This document shows positions 33,179-44,383 of a stretch of DNA of 64,000 nucleotides, one piece after another (positions within the stretch are counted from its first letter, which is position 1; the number at the start of each line of letters is the position of its first letter). Location: IMG/VR virus record IMGVR_UViG_3300034062_005355; one strand, written 5' to 3'. This stretch comes from a virus (taxonomy: Duplodnaviria > Caudoviricetes). The notes under the pieces are model-generated. The model was given only the letters and a program-made list of their open reading frames with translations, ran no database searches and was not told the origin of the DNA. A program made the translations under genes and the position numbers.

Positions 33179-34465
33179 ATGGCAAAGAAAATTAACGAAC
33201 AAATTGATTACGGGAATACACCTGAAAGAATGGACCCAAACTTAGAAAGAAAGTTAGCAAGTCCTGAAGGACTTTATGCAACAAATCCTGCAATGACAAA
33301 AGGTCCTCAGGATGTTCAAAGATTGGTTAGTAAAAGATTTCAAAAAGTTGCTGATAAATTAAGAGAGGTTACAGGTATTCAAGACCTTAGTTCAAGACAA
33401 GTTCAAGGAATGGTTTATCAAGAAATGATGAGAAAACTTCCTAATATTATGAGAATTGAGAGCGCTCACAAGGATGAACTCATAGAGTTGGCAATAGAGG
33501 CGTCTTTAGATGAGGCCGAAGTTCCTGCAGATTGGTACCAAATCGAGGCGACTTTAGGTATGCCAGATACTGGTAATTTTAGATTTGAACCTGAAGATGA
33601 AGAAGAAGATGAGGAAGAAAAAGAACAACCTTTAGAATTTCCATCTTTTGATGTTGAAGATTTAACTGACGAAGAAATTTTAGAGTTAGAGAAACACAAA
33701 AGAAACATTATCAACGCAATTATTCAAGGTGCTGCAAAAAAAGGACATTACCTTTTCCAAAAACCTGAAATTAAATCGAGATTAGATGCAATTGACCCGT
33801 CTTTATATAGAGATTATTTGGGTATCATGGCAATCAATGATTTCATGTATTTTAGTATGGAGCAAATGATTGAAATGATGAGTCAAACAGGTCAAGGTGT
33901 TGCAGGTAAAGTTGAATTAGGTGACGCCGATGAAGATGAAGATGGTGAAGAAGGTGAATCACAATCCGACACAAAAATCATGGCCACAGGTATGATTTTC
34001 CCAATTCTTTGTCATGAAATTATTAAAGGATTAGAAGAAGCTAAAGGTAGACACGGACTACCAAAAGAGCCAGGTCTTCGTCAAAAAGTACAAGGTCAAA
34101 CAGACATTTTATCTAACGAACCAATGCAATTAAGAATCGGTCCTGAAATAGTTGAAAAAATTAGATTTGCATTACCCGATAAAATGTACGACCAAGATAA
34201 TAAAGGACTAATAAACTGGTTCCATATATTGTTATACCAAATACCAGCACAAGAGTTTTTAGAAATTATTGGAAATGCCATCTCTGAAGATTCTTCAAAA
34301 GTTAGAAAAGCAACTTCAAGATTTGAAGAAATTATGAAAGAAGCTATTCAAATGAAAGAAGAATTTGAAAACTACAAAGAAGAGGAAAATATTGATTCAG
34401 ATGAGGATGAAGATGATGGTTTAGATGACTTTTTAGGTGGTTTAGGTATATCATTACCTAAATAA
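33179..34465 (+). CDS. conserved hypothetical protein upstream of terminase
   Basis: Long acidic ORF. Confidence 0.8.
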   Translation: MAKKINEQIDYGNTPERMDPNLERKLASPEGLYATNPAMTKGPQDVQRLVSKRFQKVADKLREVTGIQDLSSRQVQGMVYQEMMRKLPNIMRIESAHKDELIELAIEASLDEAEVPADWYQIEATLGMPDTGNFRFEPEDEEEDEEEKEQPLEFPSFDVEDLTDEEILELEKHKRNIINAIIQGAAKKGHYLFQKPEIKSRLDAIDPSLYRDYLGIMAINDFMYFSMEQMIEMMSQTGQGVAGKVELGDADEDEDGEEGESQSDTKIMATGMIFPILCHEIIKGLEEAKGRHGLPKEPGLRQKVQGQTDILSNEPMQLRIGPEIVEKIRFALPDKMYDQDNKGLINWFHILLYQIPAQEFLEIIGNAISEDSSKVRKATSRFEEIMKEAIQMKEEFENYKEEENIDSDEDEDDGLDDFLGGLGISLPK

Positions 34466-34471
34466 CATTTT

Positions 34472-36235
34472 GTGAATAGAGAACAACTTATTATAGAATT
34501 AACGAAGTGCATGAGGAATACTCCTTACGCACTTCGAACTTATTTACAGACATACGATAATACCGTATCAAAATACGTCCCATTAGATTTATTCCCAGAC
34601 CAAGTTAGTTTAATTGAAGATTACGACAAATACAATGAGAACATTGCATTAAAGTATCGTCAGGCAGGTGTATCAACAGTAACCGCCGCTTGGATATCAA
34701 AAAAATTGGCATTTGCCCAAAAGAACAAACCTGAAAAAATCCTTATTATTGCCAACAAGTTAGACACATCAATGGAGATGGCTAACAAGGTTAGAGGGTT
34801 TACTGAACAATGGCCCGCGTGGGTTGGTATTTCATTCTCAAAAGAAAAAAACTCCCAAAGACACTTTAAACTTAATAATAATTGTGAAGTTAAGGCTGTT
34901 GCAACATCAAAAGATGCTTTGAGGGGTTATACTCCAACAATTCTTGTTTTTGACGAGGCGGCGTTTATTGAAGCGGACTCAGATTTTTGGTCTGCGTGTA
35001 TGGCATCCCTATCAACAGGGGGTAAAGTAATTGTAGTATCTACTCCAAACGGATATGACCAAATTTACTATGAGATTTACGACCAATCATTAAGGAATAT
35101 GAATGATTTCAAAATATCTGAGATGTTTTGGTATCGTGACCCAAGATATACAAAAGATTTGTATATGGTTAAAACAAACGATTTGGTTCATTTTTTATTA
35201 AATAGAGAAGAATATACTGATAAGGATATTATTAACTTGTCAATGGAAAATCCATATGACAGAGACCATTCAATCGTAACTGATTACATTAGTCAGGGAT
35301 ATAAACCATGTTCATCATGGTTTGAAAGTATGGTTAAGAAGTTAAAGTTTGACCGAAGAAAAGTTGCTCAGGAATTGGAATGTAACTTCTTGGGTTCAGG
35401 TGATAATGTATTTGAATCAGAATTGATGCAAGGTATTGCCAAAAATACTTTACGTGAGCCTCAAGCTAAACTTATGGGTGGTTCATTATGGATATTTAAA
35501 GAACCCGTAAACGGTCACAAATATGTAATGGGTGTGGATGTATCAAGAGGTGACTCTGAAGACTTCTCGTGTATTCAAATCATTGATTTTGATGAAAGAG
35601 AACAAGTGTTAGAATACGTTGCAAAAATCCCACCTGATGTATTAGCAGAAATTGCATATAAATGGGGAACAATGTATAATGCTTATTGTGTTATTGACAT
35701 CACAGGTGGTATGGGTATTTCTACTGCAAGAAAGTTACAAGAGTTAAATTATCAAGCTGGATTATATGTTGATAATGTTGATACAAGTAATAAGTGGAAA
35801 TGGGACCCAAAAATAAATGATAAAATACCAGGGATTAATTTTAATTCAAAAAGAGTTCAAATTATTGCAGCGTTTGAAGAGGGTGTAAGGCATGGGTTTA
35901 AAGTATATTCAAATAGATTATACAATGAAATGAATACATTTATTTATATCAATGGAAGACCTGACCATCAAAAAGGACATCACGATGACTGTATTATGGG
36001 TGTTTCTATGGCATTATATGTTGCAGAAAAATCATTCCAATCTTTAGAAAAAGTTACGAATCATACAAAGGCGATGATAAATTCATGGGCAACAACTGTG
36101 AATGAAAATAAAAACTCTTCCGACTTTTTTAATCCAATGGTTCCACAAATGGGAAGAGACAATAATTTAAATAATAATGGGGCTGCAACTAAGGCCGACT
36201 ATCAAAAATACGGTTGGTTATTTGGATCTCGTTAA
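34472..36235 (+). CDS. terminase large subunit (gp17-like)
   Basis: KYRQAGVST Walker A, FDEAAF Walker B, STPNG, GVDVSRG and HDD nuclease motifs. Confidence 0.95.
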   Translation: MNREQLIIELTKCMRNTPYALRTYLQTYDNTVSKYVPLDLFPDQVSLIEDYDKYNENIALKYRQAGVSTVTAAWISKKLAFAQKNKPEKILIIANKLDTSMEMANKVRGFTEQWPAWVGISFSKEKNSQRHFKLNNNCEVKAVATSKDALRGYTPTILVFDEAAFIEADSDFWSACMASLSTGGKVIVVSTPNGYDQIYYEIYDQSLRNMNDFKISEMFWYRDPRYTKDLYMVKTNDLVHFLLNREEYTDKDIINLSMENPYDRDHSIVTDYISQGYKPCSSWFESMVKKLKFDRRKVAQELECNFLGSGDNVFESELMQGIAKNTLREPQAKLMGGSLWIFKEPVNGHKYVMGVDVSRGDSEDFSCIQIIDFDEREQVLEYVAKIPPDVLAEIAYKWGTMYNAYCVIDITGGMGISTARKLQELNYQAGLYVDNVDTSNKWKWDPKINDKIPGINFNSKRVQIIAAFEEGVRHGFKVYSNRLYNEMNTFIYINGRPDHQKGHHDDCIMGVSMALYVAEKSFQSLEKVTNHTKAMINSWATTVNENKNSSDFFNPMVPQMGRDNNLNNNGAATKADYQKYGWLFGSR

Positions 36236-36272
36236 CTATTTATATTATCAAGGTAATTAGTAAATTTAACAT

Positions 36273-38141
36273 ATGAGCGATAATAATCTTACGGTATGGC
36301 AGAGGCTGTCAAAAACATTTGGACCTAATTCATTATTAAAACAAGATTATCCAACTTTTAAGTTTGATAAGAAAGAACTTTTGCGTACTCCAAATCGTGA
36401 TGATTATGAAAGAGAAAAACTTCAAGCGCAACAAACATTTTATTTAACAAACCAATGGGCTAAGGTTGAAAACAACCTATATTCTCAAGCCATTTACTAT
36501 GAACCATCAAGATTATCTGCTCAGTACGATTACGAATCAATGGAGTACACTCCTGAGATTTCAGCCGCATTAGACATATATTCTGAAGAATCTACAACAA
36601 CAAATGAAGATGGTTTTATCCTTCAAATTTATTCTGAATCAAAACGTATTAAATCTGTATTAGCCGATTTATTCAACAACGCACTTGATATTAACACCAA
36701 CTTACCAATGTGGACAAGAAACACTTGTAAGTATGGTGATAACTTTGTTTATCTTAAATTAGACCCTGAAAAGGGTATTATTGGTTGTCAACAATTACCA
36801 ACAATTGAAATTGAACGTCATGAGGTTGGAGTTAGCGCAAAAATTACTGTGGATATTACACAAGAAAAAGATGAGAATAAAAAGGCTCTTCATTTTACTT
36901 GGAAAAACAGAAATATGGAATTCCAATCATGGGAAGTTGCTCACTTTAGATTATTAGGTGATGACCGAAAACTTCCTTATGGCACTTCCATGTTAGAAAA
37001 GGCAAGACGTATATGGAAACAATTATTGTTATCTGAAGATGCAATGTTAATCTATCGTACATCAAGAGCACCTGAAAGAAGAATGTTTAAAGTCTTTGTC
37101 GGTAACATGAATGATGATGATGTTGAAGCATACGTAAACCGTGTTGCAAACAAATTCAAAAGAGAACAAATTGTTGACGCTAAAACAGGAAATGTTGATA
37201 TGAGGTTTAACCAAATGGCTGTAGATCAAGATTATTTTATCCCTGTTCGTGACCCAGCCGCGCCAGACCCAATTACAACATTACCAGGAGCAACTAACTT
37301 ATCAGAGATTGCCGATATAGAATATATCCAAAAGAAATTATTAACAGCTCTTCGTGTTCCTAAAGCATTTTTAGGTTTTGAAGAAGTTGTAGGTGATGGT
37401 AAAAATTTATCATTACAAGATATTCGTTTTGCTCGTACAATCAACAGAATTCAAAAAAGTATGATTGCCGAGTTAAATAAAATTGCAATTGTTCATTTAT
37501 TCTTATTAGGGTTTGAGGACGAGTTACAAAACTTTACATTAGGTTTGTCTAACCCATCTACACAAGCAGACTTATTAAAAATTGATGTATGGAAAGAAAA
37601 AGTTTTATTGTATAAAGATTTAGTTTCAGATCCAGGAAACGGTATTCAACCTACATCTTCTACTTGGGCTAAGAAACACATCTTTAATTGGTCTGACGAA
37701 GAAATTAGATTAGATTTACAACAACAAAGAATTGAAAGAGCTGTTGGTGAAGAACTTAAAGCAACTCCTACAGTTATCACTAAGACAGGTTTATTTGATA
37801 ATATAGATAAACTTTATGGTAATACCACAGGAGGTACCGCAACAACCGCAGCAACAACTACAGGTGGTGAAGAATCATTTGGAGGTGGAGCAGGATTTGA
37901 AACCGCACCACCACCTGCGGGAGGTGGAGAAGAAGTTGCACCACCAGCTGAAGGTGGGGCACCTGAAGGTGGGGCACCTGAAGGTGGAGAAGCCGCAGTT
38001 ACTCCAGAATCAAGAATGAAAAACATGAATTTATTGATTGAAAGTAACTTATTAGAGGGGTCAACATTTTTAGATTTAGGTCAAGGTCAACAATCTTTAG
38101 GAGAAATTTCAAAAGAATTGGATAAGTTACTAAACTCCTAA
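36273..38141 (+). CDS. portal protein (T4 gp20-like)
   Basis: EDAMLIYRTSRAPERR, QDYFIPVR, ITTLPGA and DIRFARTINRIQ. Confidence 0.93.
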   Translation: MSDNNLTVWQRLSKTFGPNSLLKQDYPTFKFDKKELLRTPNRDDYEREKLQAQQTFYLTNQWAKVENNLYSQAIYYEPSRLSAQYDYESMEYTPEISAALDIYSEESTTTNEDGFILQIYSESKRIKSVLADLFNNALDINTNLPMWTRNTCKYGDNFVYLKLDPEKGIIGCQQLPTIEIERHEVGVSAKITVDITQEKDENKKALHFTWKNRNMEFQSWEVAHFRLLGDDRKLPYGTSMLEKARRIWKQLLLSEDAMLIYRTSRAPERRMFKVFVGNMNDDDVEAYVNRVANKFKREQIVDAKTGNVDMRFNQMAVDQDYFIPVRDPAAPDPITTLPGATNLSEIADIEYIQKKLLTALRVPKAFLGFEEVVGDGKNLSLQDIRFARTINRIQKSMIAELNKIAIVHLFLLGFEDELQNFTLGLSNPSTQADLLKIDVWKEKVLLYKDLVSDPGNGIQPTSSTWAKKHIFNWSDEEIRLDLQQQRIERAVGEELKATPTVITKTGLFDNIDKLYGNTTGGTATTAATTTGGEESFGGGAGFETAPPPAGGGEEVAPPAEGGAPEGGAPEGGEAAVTPESRMKNMNLLIESNLLEGSTFLDLGQGQQSLGEISKELDKLLNS

Positions 38142-38165
38142 TATTTATATTGAAAACACACCATA

Positions 38166-38864
38166 ATGACTTTCGGAAAAATCAAATCCATAATTGAAAA
38201 CAATCTAATTGAATCCTACAAAGATGAAAAGGAATTCAAGAAATCGCTAAAAGAATTCAAACATAATGTTTTGAACAACAAAACCATGTCTAAATTGTAT
38301 TCTTTATACGAACAATTGAGCACACCTCAAGGACTAAACGAATCTGACGCTAAAGACTTTTTAGAAGAAGGTATTAGTTTAATCCAACAATTACTGCCAA
38401 GTATTAAATTACCAAAACCTTTATCAGAGAATGTTAAGAACAAATATTCTGACATTGATGCTCTTGTCTATACAAATAAATTAAATTTGTTAGAGAGAGT
38501 AAATTCTAAAAAAAATATTACAAGTGTGTTAACCTCAACAAATGATATTGTTAAAGAATCTATTAATATTCCATTGAAATCAATGGTTAGTATTGCAAAT
38601 CAAACTTTAAACAAATATGTCGATAATCTTGATGAGTCATCTAAAAAAGAATTCCTTCAATTAATCTCTGAAGATTCTAAATCTCTTGAAGACAAATTTG
38701 AAACTATTCGTGAAAGTGCTATTGGCAAACTTAATATCATCTTAGAAAAAGAAGAGGAGTTTGAATTAAAGACAAAATTGTCTGAAACCATAGATAGGTT
38801 AAAAACTGAAAAGTTTGACCAATTGAATTTCCTTAAGTTAAAGAACTTGGAAGAATCAATTTAA
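38166..38864 (+). CDS. hypothetical head-module protein
   Basis: Located between the portal and bS21 genes. Confidence 0.75.
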   Translation: MTFGKIKSIIENNLIESYKDEKEFKKSLKEFKHNVLNNKTMSKLYSLYEQLSTPQGLNESDAKDFLEEGISLIQQLLPSIKLPKPLSENVKNKYSDIDALVYTNKLNLLERVNSKKNITSVLTSTNDIVKESINIPLKSMVSIANQTLNKYVDNLDESSKKEFLQLISEDSKSLEDKFETIRESAIGKLNIILEKEEEFELKTKLSETIDRLKTEKFDQLNFLKLKNLEESI

Positions 38865-39044
38865 AGAATTTTTTACTTTTTGAACATACGACGCTTTTAA
38901 TATTTGAGATCGTCTTACCACAGATTTTTTAACAAATTCTTTTTTTTCAAATAGAATTTGATTTTGTTTAGTTTTAATAACTTTAGATTTTAAAGTTTTT
39001 AAGGCCTTTTCTATTCCGTCTTTTTTTATTTTTACTATTAGCAT
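38856..39044 (-). CDS. rpsU: ribosomal protein bS21
   Basis: MLIVKIKKDGIEKALKTLKSKVIKT...EFVKKSVVRR; antisense orientation within the head module. Confidence 0.85.
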   Translation of the reverse strand: MLIVKIKKDGIEKALKTLKSKVIKTKQNQILFEKKEFVKKSVVRRSQILKASYVQKVKNSLN

Positions 39045-39142
39045 ATTATTACAAATATCACAATTTTTTAAAAATTTTTGACAATGGGTATAATTTGTGT
39101 TATGTTTTAACAAACAATAAACATTGACATCAATGAAATTTA

Positions 39143-39574
39143 ATGAAAAAAGGAAAAAGTGTAAAGTTAAATCTATTCAGTCCGATAAAATCGGTGTATG
39201 GTACTGTAGATTCTAAAAATTTAAAATCATTATACATAAACATTCAATCATGGGTATCTCCCAAATTTGACCACGACAATTGGAATAGGGTCGTGTGTAA
39301 TTTAAACCGAGAAATCAAACATTCCGTATTTAATTCAATTGATACAAGTCTTTTTAAAGAAAATAGTATTGTTGATTTGGATTTAAGAACAAGTGGGATA
39401 TCCCACGGAAAAAAATCATTTTTTAATTTAGAAGTTAATTTATATACCAACCAAGAATTTGATTTTAAATCTATCGAATTAAAAGAATCGGTTAAAAAAA
39501 TAGTAAGAAGTATTATAAGGGATAATGTTATTGAAAACAAATACTTTGATTTTTCAGTGTCAAAAACTAAATAA
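39143..39574 (+). CDS. hypothetical protein
   Basis: ATG ORF upstream of the protease gene. Confidence 0.75.
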   Translation: MKKGKSVKLNLFSPIKSVYGTVDSKNLKSLYINIQSWVSPKFDHDNWNRVVCNLNREIKHSVFNSIDTSLFKENSIVDLDLRTSGISHGKKSFFNLEVNLYTNQEFDFKSIELKESVKKIVRSIIRDNVIENKYFDFSVSKTK

Positions 39575-39619
39575 AAACAATAAATAACTCCTTTGATATA
39601 TTTATCTTAAAAACTATTA

Positions 39620-40342
39620 ATGAAACAATTAAGAATTTTAGAAGCAAGTGAAGTCGGTCATGGCATATTAATTGAGACGGATGCGGGTTGGGTTTCTCCA
39701 AAAGACATACGTAATTCCGAAATGTTAAAGGAAGCAACTAACTTAGATTATAGAAATCCATTTGAATTTTATGCCGTATTACAAAAGTACGATACTCCAA
39801 ATAGAAACGGAAGATTTTATCCTGAAAGAATATTAAAAAGAGAAGCTGAAAACTATAAGAAGGCAATAGCCAAGGGACTATCAACTTCAGAACTTAACCA
39901 CCCTGAATCATCTTTAATTGATTTAGATAGAGTAGCACATATCATTACTGATATATGGTGGGATAAAAATATCCTAATGGGTAAACTTAAATTATTAACA
40001 TCACCAGGATTCCATGAAAGAGGTATTGTTTCAACAAAAGGAGACCAAGCAGCTAACTTAATGAGACAAGGTGTAACCATGGGAGTTTCTTCAAGAGGAG
40101 TCGGTTCCTTAAAAAAGGTTGGAGAAAGAAATGAAGTACAAGAGGATTTTGAATTAATTTGTTTTGACTTAGTGTCTTCACCATCTACACCAGGAGCTTA
40201 TTTATTTACTAATCCTGAAGATAGAAACAAGTATGAAGAAAACTTAGAAGAAGAAAAAAGACATAAAACACCAGAAAATTCAGAATTCCAATCCAAAGGA
40301 GTTGACTTAATGAGAAAATTAACCGATTATTTGGGAAAATAA
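39620..40342 (+). CDS. prohead core protease (T4 gp21-like)
   Basis: NRNGRFYP, ELNHP, GVSSRGVGSL and FDLVSSPS motifs. Confidence 0.93.
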   Translation: MKQLRILEASEVGHGILIETDAGWVSPKDIRNSEMLKEATNLDYRNPFEFYAVLQKYDTPNRNGRFYPERILKREAENYKKAIAKGLSTSELNHPESSLIDLDRVAHIITDIWWDKNILMGKLKLLTSPGFHERGIVSTKGDQAANLMRQGVTMGVSSRGVGSLKKVGERNEVQEDFELICFDLVSSPSTPGAYLFTNPEDRNKYEENLEEEKRHKTPENSEFQSKGVDLMRKLTDYLGK

Positions 40343-40350
40343 AAATAATT

Positions 40351-40560
40351 ATGGAAGAAAAATTTTTTGTAGCGAAAGTTCAGTACGATTTACCTGATGA
40401 AAACAGCGGTAAAATTAAAAAAATCAGAGAAGAAAAACTTGTAAGAGGATATTCTGTTACCGATGTAGAAGCAAAGGTTACGGCAAAATATGAAGGTTTT
40501 ACTCATGATTGGAGAATTACTTCAGTATCCGAAAGTAAAATAGATGAAGTTATTAAATAA
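40351..40560 (+). CDS. hypothetical protein
   Basis: ATG ORF followed by a terminator. Confidence 0.75.
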   Translation: MEEKFFVAKVQYDLPDENSGKIKKIREEKLVRGYSVTDVEAKVTAKYEGFTHDWRITSVSESKIDEVIK

Positions 40561-40582
40561 TTGATTTAAATTCAATTTATCT

Positions 40583-40612
40583 AAAGTGGTCAATTTTGAC
40601 CACTTTTTTTTT
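40583..40612 (+). terminator. intrinsic terminator
   Basis: AAAGTGGTCAA/TTGACCACTTT plus T tract. Confidence 0.8.
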
Positions 40613-40760
40613 GCTCGAACATATTTATATGTTGATATAATATTGTATTTCCACAAAATTATTAATCATAAAACATTAAAAAATAAAAGATATATAATTA
40701 AAAAACGATATTTTTTGTTTTTTGGTAATATTTATTAGTTAAAATAAATAGATTTTCTAT

Positions 40761-42338
40761 ATGAAAGAAAACAAATTAGTTCAAGAGGCTCTTATTCAAA
40801 TGAAACAAGTTGAAGAAGCTATAGCCGCAAATGCAAAAGGAATACTTGCTTCTACTATGAAGGAAGAAATCAATCAACTAGTAAAAGAATCTCTTTCCGA
40901 GCAATCTGACGAAGATGAGGTTGAATTAGATGCTGACATGGATATGTCCGCTGATAATGATGAAGTAGACATGGATATGGACATGGAATTGGATGATGAA
41001 TCTGACGATATGGAAATGGACTTTGGTATGGATTCAGACGAAAGTCCAATTGATTTAACTGATGCTTCTGACGAAGAAATTTTAAAAGTATTCAAAGCTA
41101 TGGGTGAAAATGACGGAATCATCGTTAAAAAAGACGGTGAAAATGTTCATTTAACTGATAATGATGCTGATGTAGAATATCTTGTTAAGCTTGGTGAATC
41201 TGAAGACGACATGATGGAAGATGATATGATGTCTGATGATATGATGGAAGATGATATGATGTCGGATGATGGAGAATTTGATGAATCAGTTGATGATGTT
41301 ATTGATGCTATTTTTAGTGGAAATATGTCAAAAGTAGATTCTAAAGATATGTCTGAAGAGGATGAAGAAGTTGTTTACGAAATCACATTAGATGACGATT
41401 CTGAAATGATGGAAGAAGATGACATGGAAGATTCTGAAATGATGGAAGAAGATGACATGGAGGATTCTGAAATGATGGAAGAAGATGACATGGAGGAAGA
41501 TGACAACATGATGGAATCTAAAAACACAATTAAACCTAAAGGTGTTGGTATGGGTAAACCTAAATTTAGTTACAAGAAAACAACAGGTGGATTTAAAGAA
41601 GACATGAAACAAGGTCCTAAATCTGTTGGTACTGGTAAAGCTAAATTTGATTACAAAAAAGGTGCTAACATGGAAGGTAAATCTAAAGTTGTTAAAGCTG
41701 AAACTAAGGAAGGTAATTACGGAATGAATAAGGGTGAAAAATCTAAAACCATGAAAGGTAAAGAAGATTACACCACTAAAAAAGGTATGACAAATTCTAA
41801 AGGAGAAAAGGCTTTTGAAAAAGAAGAGACCAAAGAAGCTGCAAGAACTTATGGTATGGGTTCTAAAGAAGGTCGAGGTTTAAGAAAGGGCATCACTAAT
41901 AACAGAAACTATGTTTATGGTAAAAATGGTGTTAAAGTTGAATCCACACAAGAAGAAGTTAGAATGTTGAGAGAAAAGAATGAAGAATACAGAAAAGCAT
42001 TAAATGTTTTCAGAGAAAAACTTAATGAAGTTGCGATCTTTAATTCAAACTTAGCTTACGCTACAAGATTGTTCACAGAACACTCAACTACTAAAAAAGA
42101 AAAAATAAACATCCTAAGAAGATTTGACAATGTTCAAACTTTAAAAGAATCTAAAAGTCTTTATAAGTCAGTCAAAGACGAATTATCTAAGGTAGATACA
42201 AAATCAATTAATGAATCAGTAGGTGCAAAATTAAATAAAACAGTAACTACAGGTTCATCAACTACTCTAATTGAATCAAAAACTTATGAAAATCCTCAGT
42301 TCTTAAGAATGAAAGATTTAATGGGTAAATTAGGGTAA
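40761..42338 (+). CDS. prohead scaffold/core protein (gp22-like)
   Basis: Highly acidic with coiled-coil ends; lies between the protease and capsid genes. Confidence 0.8.
   Translation: MKENKLVQEALIQMKQVEEAIAANAKGILASTMKEEINQLVKESLSEQSDEDEVELDADMDMSADNDEVDMDMDMELDDESDDMEMDFGMDSDESPIDLTDASDEEILKVFKAMGENDGIIVKKDGENVHLTDNDADVEYLVKLGESEDDMMEDDMMSDDMMEDDMMSDDGEFDESVDDVIDAIFSGNMSKVDSKDMSEEDEEVVYEITLDDDSEMMEEDDMEDSEMMEEDDMEDSEMMEEDDMEEDDNMMESKNTIKPKGVGMGKPKFSYKKTTGGFKEDMKQGPKSVGTGKAKFDYKKGANMEGKSKVVKAETKEGNYGMNKGEKSKTMKGKEDYTTKKGMTNSKGEKAFEKEETKEAARTYGMGSKEGRGLRKGITNNRNYVYGKNGVKVESTQEEVRMLREKNEEYRKALNVFREKLNEVAIFNSNLAYATRLFTEHSTTKKEKINILRRFDNVQTLKESKSLYKSVKDELSKVDTKSINESVGAKLNKTVTTGSSTTLIESKTYENPQFLRMKDLMGKLG
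41397..41495 (+). repeat. 33-bp tandem repeat x3 (DSEMMEEDDME)
   Basis: GATTCTGAAATGATGGAAGAAGATGACATGGAR repeated three times. Confidence 0.85.
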
Positions 42339-42382
42339 CAAATAAAAATTTTAAATAAACTAAAAACAAAACAAAAACTAAA

Positions 42383-44188
42383 ATGGGAGCATTATTAGAA
42401 TCAGGTCTTGTTGGTAATATCGGGTTAAAACACCTTAAAGTTATCAAGGAAGACACAATCAACAAATGGGACAAATTAGGCTTTTTAGAAGGTCTTAAAG
42501 GTCACATGAGAGAAAACGTAGCTCAATTATACGAAAACCAAGCATCATTTTTAATTAATGAAGCATCATCTACATCTGATACAGGTGCATTTGAAACAGT
42601 GGTTTTCCCAATTGTTAGACGTGTATTCTCTAAATTATTAGCAAACGACATCGTTTCAGTACAAGCTATGAACTTACCTATCGGTAAATTATTCTACTTT
42701 GTACCTAACATTCAAGCGTACACTGACCCTGCAAACTTGGCAACAACGGGTATTCACTACGCACCGTATGGTTCACCAAACGCGGCTGCTGACCAAACAC
42801 CTAACAGTGGTTACGACTACAACAACACTAAAGACCTTTACGATAGATTCTACGAAGGTAACGAACCAGCATTAGACCCACCAGGTTTATTTGACTATTC
42901 TAAAGGACAATATTCTGCAATTACAGCTAGCGTTGCTACTGTAGCTTGGGATGCTGACCAATTAGTTGGTTCGGCTTATACTGAATCTGATTACAGAAAA
43001 GTATTAATCGCTATGTCAGGTTTCGCATCTGATGGAGCAGGTAAATTAATCGGTCCTGATGGTCAACCAATGGATAACGAAGCTTTCTTATCTGATTTGA
43101 CAATCTACGGAGCTGCTGGAAACGTTTATACTTCAGCAAACACTGCAAACCCTTATTTATTCAGAGTTGTAACTCAAAGATATGGTAAAGGTATTGTACA
43201 ATATGGTAACAACAATTCTACGTTAGTATTCCCTAACAGTAAAACTGATGGTGGTCAATATGACAACTTGTGTGATGCTGCGGGTGTTATCTACTTAGAA
43301 GTTGATTTACAAGTACCAGTATGTATCACTTGTGGTGGTTCTATGGACGGTTACACAGGTTCAACATTCTCTTCATCAACTGCAACTAATAACGCGTTTA
43401 CATCTACTTACAGAATCTACAAAAACTTAGAATTTGAAGATAGAATTGGTGAGGTATCGTTTGACCTTATGTCAGTAACAGTTTCTGTAACTGAAAGAAA
43501 ATTAAGAGCTCAATGGTCTCCAGAAATGGCACAAGACGTTGCAGCGTTCCACAACATTGATGCTGAAGCTGAATTAACAGCTTTATTATCTGAACAAGTT
43601 GCGGCTGAAATTGACCGTGAAATCTTAAGAGATTTACGTAAAGGTGCAGCTTGGAACTTAAGATGGGACTACAATGGTTGGAAGCGTCTGGGTTCAAGTG
43701 CAGTTCCTTACACTCAAAAAGACTGGAACCAAACTTTAATCACAGCAATCAACCAAATTTCAGCACAAATCCACAAATCTACATTAAGAGGTGGAGCAAA
43801 CTGGATTGTTGTTTCTTCTGAAATCAGTGCAATCTTTGATGACTTGGAATATTTCCACGTATCAAACGCGGCTCCTGAGCAAGACCAATACAACATGGGT
43901 ATTGAAAGAGTTGGTACATTAGCTGGTCGTTACCAAGTTTACCGTGACCCTTACTTCCCACCAAACCAAGTGTTAATGGGACACAAAGGAACATCATTGT
44001 TAGACACAGGTTACATCTACGCACCTTACGTACCTCTACAATTAACTCCAACTATGTACAATCCGTTCAACTTTACACCAATCAAAGGTATCATGACTAG
44101 ATACGCTAAGAAAATGGTGAATAACAGATTCTACGGACGTATCACAGTTGATGGTGTTAGAACATTTGACTTAAGAGAATTGAGATAA
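42383..44188 (+). CDS. major capsid protein (T4 gp23-like)
   Basis: VSVQAMNLP, ERKLRAQWSPEMAQDV, EIDREI, YAPYVPL and GIMTRY. Confidence 0.96.
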   Translation: MGALLESGLVGNIGLKHLKVIKEDTINKWDKLGFLEGLKGHMRENVAQLYENQASFLINEASSTSDTGAFETVVFPIVRRVFSKLLANDIVSVQAMNLPIGKLFYFVPNIQAYTDPANLATTGIHYAPYGSPNAAADQTPNSGYDYNNTKDLYDRFYEGNEPALDPPGLFDYSKGQYSAITASVATVAWDADQLVGSAYTESDYRKVLIAMSGFASDGAGKLIGPDGQPMDNEAFLSDLTIYGAAGNVYTSANTANPYLFRVVTQRYGKGIVQYGNNNSTLVFPNSKTDGGQYDNLCDAAGVIYLEVDLQVPVCITCGGSMDGYTGSTFSSSTATNNAFTSTYRIYKNLEFEDRIGEVSFDLMSVTVSVTERKLRAQWSPEMAQDVAAFHNIDAEAELTALLSEQVAAEIDREILRDLRKGAAWNLRWDYNGWKRLGSSAVPYTQKDWNQTLITAINQISAQIHKSTLRGGANWIVVSSEISAIFDDLEYFHVSNAAPEQDQYNMGIERVGTLAGRYQVYRDPYFPPNQVLMGHKGTSLLDTGYIYAPYVPLQLTPTMYNPFNFTPIKGIMTRYAKKMVNNRFYGRITVDGVRTFDLRELR

Positions 44189-44214
44189 TCAATATCTTAT
44201 ATTAGATACCAAAG

Positions 44215-44246
44215 AAAAGGGAGACAAGAAATTGTCTCCTTTTTTT
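44215..44246 (+). terminator. intrinsic terminator after the capsid gene
   Basis: GGAGACAA-GAAA-TTGTCTCC plus T tract. Confidence 0.8.
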
Positions 44247-44383
44247 ATTTACAGAAAATTCAAATTGTTTATATTTATTTTTAGATTTTAGTTTATCAGT
44301 CCCCAGCCATAACAAGCTGTTGAGTATTCACGGACACGAAGGTATTGGTAACATAGTCATTAACTATTATAAAATTAAAGAAA

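Noticed and set aside
44290-44350. Possible riboswitch upstream of the zinc-ribbon gene
   Set aside because: Only a short CAGC/GCTG hairpin and weak pairing; no recognisable aptamer or expression platform.
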